Shown here piece by piece: positions 60,501 through 64,000 of a stretch of DNA of 64,000 bases. The stretch comes from Squalus acanthias (taxonomy: Eukaryota). A program made the position numbers and the translations under genes. Where the stretch lies: the NCBI GenBank assembly GCA_030390025.1, contig CM059432.1, positions 128,590,001-128,654,000 of the forward strand, given 5' to 3'. The notes below the pieces were generated by a model. It made no database searches and was not told where the DNA came from. It was given only the letters and a program-made list of their open reading frames with translations. Within the stretch, counting starts at the first letter, position 1, and each line of letters starts with the position of its first letter.

Positions 60501-62509
60501 TCAGTATACAGTACTTTCTTTGCGAATTCAATGCTAAAGTCTTTGAGCTTTTATTCTGCTGATTTAAGATGTGCCTTTTTGGGAGATGGGGGAGAAAGAC
60601 AATCAGATTTTTTTCCAGACCATAAGAACATGTTAATTGTGTTCTCAGCTTGTTACACAAGAAGCCCTCCCTTCCAGAACAAAACCAACAACAAATAAAT
60701 TAACAAGTTTCGAGACACTTCCCGTGTGACAAACCTCTAATCTTTCTTGGAAAAATAAATTATCTGAATCAATTTTCAACGAAATGTTTTGTAAAACAAT
60801 GAAGTAACTTGCTTATCTTCTCATGGCACAAACCTCAGGGAAACGTTAGAGGTAGGAAATGCACGGCCCATCATTAACCCTGTAAGTACTCAAAGCCTTT
60901 TGGAGCTGTTCATTCCACATACGAGCAGCTTTTAGCTACAGCCATCAGCTCCCCACATTAAAGTCTCATGGAGCCAGGAGCAGCAGCAAATGAAACTTGC
61001 TGGATTCATTAGGGCCAGTGGTTGGGAAAAATTATTGCTGCGCTCAGTGAATCATCCAACTTTACCTTTGATGTGGCTGCTCATTACGAGAGGCCTGCAC
61101 GTTGGGAGTCGGTAGCACTGACAGGACACTAAGACCAACAGAAAAGCAACTTCGGGGCACTGTTAGTTGGTGGACTGATTGCGTGGCTTATTATGGCCAG
61201 TGTGAAAATGCTAACACCTGGGCCATTCTTAATTCCATGTTTCATAGTGTAAAGCATCAGGCTTCAGAACACACACTGCATTTGCAAGTAGCTGATAGCA
61301 GATTATTATTTAAGTCAGGCTGTCTTCTAATGCATTCGAATTAATTGACAGCATTTATGCAGCACTTTTTACTGCATAGAATTTTTAAGTCAACGCAGCT
61401 TCAAGGAATTAAATGCGCTGAGCGCTGTGCTATTGTCGCTGACTCCCGGTGCTTGGGTCTGGGGCAAACAGCGACAACACCTGTAAAAATGCACATTGCA
61501 TAAGGCAACTTAAGCAAAGTTTTATCTTTATAGTTATGCTTAAGATGCACTAAATTTAAATTGTTGTTATTTTAAGTCATGCACTGAGTAGGCCAAATGA
61601 CCTGTTTCTGCCCTGTTAACATTCAATAATTATATGTAAACACCCTGGTATCAAATATCTGTGGCTGTTCTGGATCCTCCCCCCCTGCCTCCCACACCCC
61701 GCCGCAACTTCAGCAGGATTCTGCTGGAATGGCCAGAAACTAGGCCAGCAGTCTAGATATGCGAAGTATTGGCTTTGCCTCCGCCCACACCAAACATGGC
61801 CATCATGGCAATGGTGGGTGGGGACGCCTTACATCAGGAATTCCTGCATCCTGGGATCTCAGTGAGACTCAGCATGTGGTTAGTGGAGGTCCGCCTGTAC
61901 CTACACACCAAGGGATGGAAGTGAGGCCCACTTGGGAGTCAAGGTCGAGGTTGTGATCTGGACCCCTGAAGAAAAAGAGAGAACAATATTACATTTTTAA
62001 TTGTGGCCCCCATCCCACCATTAGCAGGCAAATGAGGGAATCTGCCCTGACCCCAGAAAGAACTTTGCTCTTTCCAGTACGCTGGGCTCTGTGCATGATC
62101 GCTACACATTGGAAAGAAGGAGCATTTCACCAGCAGGTAGAGACAGAGATAAACAATTATCATTTAGTGGAAAAGAAGTACTGCGCTCTCAACTTGTGTG
62201 ATGTGCGTGGAGTGTCAAACATGCAACTAATCAGAACTTAATTATTAAAGGAACTCTCTCATCATGAAAAAGTGTTTGGCAGATTCTTTTTGTTGCTTAA
62301 GAACAACCGGGTTGAGATCAAAAACTGAGTACGGTCACCACTCACTAATCACAGTCACTGCAATGTACTTTATTTTGGATGGCATCCAATGGCAGGGACC
62401 TGGGGATGGGATGCCAATTCAACCACTCAGCCAAGATAGGATGTGTGGTGGTAGGTGGGCAGGGGAACCTACAGAAGTGAAGAGACAATTACATTTTTAA
62501 AAATGTCTT

Positions 62510-63125
62510 GAGATTAAGAGAGTTTAATAAAGGTTTTCAAGACTTTGAAAGGTTTTGAGAGGGTAAATAGTGAAAGATTGTTTCTCATTAGGCCACTGCT
62601 AGAGTACTGCGTACAGTTCTGGTCACCACTTTACAGGAAAGATGTGATTGCACTAGAGGGAGTACAGAGGAGATTTACGAGAATGTTGCCAGGACTGGAG
62701 AATTTTAGCTCTGAGGAAAGATTGGATAGGCTGGGGTTGATTTCTTTGGAACAGAGGAGGCTGAGGGAGATTTAATTGAGGTGTATAAAATGATGAGGGA
62801 CCCAGATAGAGTGGATAGGAAGGACCTATTTCCTTTAGGTCAATAACCAGGGGGCATAGATTTAAAGTAATTGGTAGAAGGATTAGAGGGGAGTTGAGGC
62901 AAACATTTTTCACCCAAAGGGTGATGGGGATCTGGAGCTCACTGCCTGAAAGGGTGGTAGAGGCATAAACCCTCATCACATTTAAAAAGTACTTGGATAT
63001 GCACTTTGAAGTGCTGCAACCTACAGGGCTATGGACCAAGAGCTGGAAAGTGGGATTCGGCTGGATAGCAATTTTTCGGCCGGCATGGACACAATGGGGT
63101 GAATGGCCTCCTTCTGTGCCGTAAA
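62510..63125 (+). mobile_element. CR1 3' fragment(s)
   Basis: [13 protein letters not shown]...LEQRRLR; tail GAATGGCCTCCTTCTGTGCCGTA; 62510-62587 is a separate short CR1 piece. Confidence 0.88.
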
Positions 63126-63135
63126 CTTGTGGGAA

Positions 63136-64000
63136 TGGTAGCATAGTGGTAATGTCACTGGGCTAGTAATCCAGAGGCCTGGACTAATGATCCAGAGACG
63201 TGAGTTCAAATCCCACCACAGTAGCTGGGGAATTTAAATTCAGTTAATTAAATAAATCTGGAATAAAAAGCTAGTATTAGTAATGGTAACCATGAAACTA
63301 TCGGATTGTCGTAAAAACCCATCTGGCTTACTAATGTCCTTTAGGGAAGGAAATCGTCTGTCCTATATGTGACTCCAGACCCACAGCAATGTGATTGACT
63401 CTTAGCTGCCCTCTGAAATGGCCTAGCAAGACACTCAGCTGTAACAAACTGCTACGAAACAAAATAATAAAAATGAAACCGGACGGACCACCCGGCATTG
63501 ACCTCGGCACTGGCTATATACACGGCAATGGCGCACCCAGCCCAGTCGACCCTGCAAAGTCCTCCTCACAAACATCTGGGGACTTGTGCCGAAATTGGGA
63601 GAGCTGTCCCACAGACTAATCAAGCAACAGCCTGACAGTCATACTCACAGAATCATACCTTTCAGCCAATGTCCCAAACTCCTCCATCACCATCCCTGGG
63701 TATGCCCTGTCCCACCGGCAGGACAGACCTACCAGGGGTGGCTGCACAGTGGTATACGGGAGGAAGTGGCCCTGGGAGTCCTCAACATTGACTCCAGACC
63801 CCATGAAGTCTCATGGCTTCAGGTCAAGCATAGGCAAGGAAACCTCGTGCTGATTACCACCTACCGCCCTCCCTCAGCTGATGAATCAGTACTCCTCCAC
63901 GTTGAACACCACTTGGAAGAAGCACCGAGAGTAGCAAGGGCACAGAATGTACTCCGGGTGGGGGACTTCAATGTCCATCACCAAGAGTGGCTCGGTAGCA
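63136..64000 (+). mobile_element. tRNA-headed LINE, 5' end (runs off window)
   Basis: A box TAGCATAGTGG (63139-63149), B box GAGTTCAAATCC (63202-63213); candidate ATG at 63473; endonuclease motifs NIWGL, LTESY, RGG, YRPP, GDFN with frameshifts. Confidence 0.9.

Noticed and set aside
63136..63220. Functional tRNA gene (also 59072 and 54640)
   Set aside because: A and B boxes are present, but I could not build a full cloverleaf, there is no terminator, and the sequence continues into a retroelement body
1..64000. CRISPR array, operons or prokaryotic defence systems
   Set aside because: The sequence is vertebrate repeat-rich DNA with no regularly spaced repeat-spacer array and no prokaryotic gene organisation

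Overview
Eukaryotic, repeat-dense, apparently non-coding DNA (intronic or intergenic) from a cartilaginous fish, most likely a shark. This rests on HE1/V-SINE, SacSINE1-like DeuSINE, LF-SINE-like and CR1/HER1-like elements recognised by eye, not on a database search. No host exon could be supported; nearly all ORF-track entries are transposon-derived or chance ORFs. Contents: (i) several CR1 LINEs, one retaining the ORF1 esterase and ORF2 EN+RT, plus L2 fragments; (ii) four pieces of a LINE family with a tRNA-derived Pol III-type head joined directly to EN-RT, no ORF1 and almost no sense-strand TTTT runs; (iii) two near-complete two-gene PIF/Harbinger transposons (DDE transposase plus spliced Myb/SANT gene) lying head-to-head, decayed or deleted relatives, and about nine Harbinger-type MITEs, seven with matching 3-bp TSDs; (iv) a Penelope-like GIY-YIG element with rearranged pseudo-LTRs and short Penelope-derived insertions carrying minimal hammerhead ribozyme motifs; (v) two solo LTRs with 4-bp TSDs; (vi) repeat-free AT-rich islands that may be conserved non-coding elements. 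Boundaries fixed by a TSD are exact; others are approximate.
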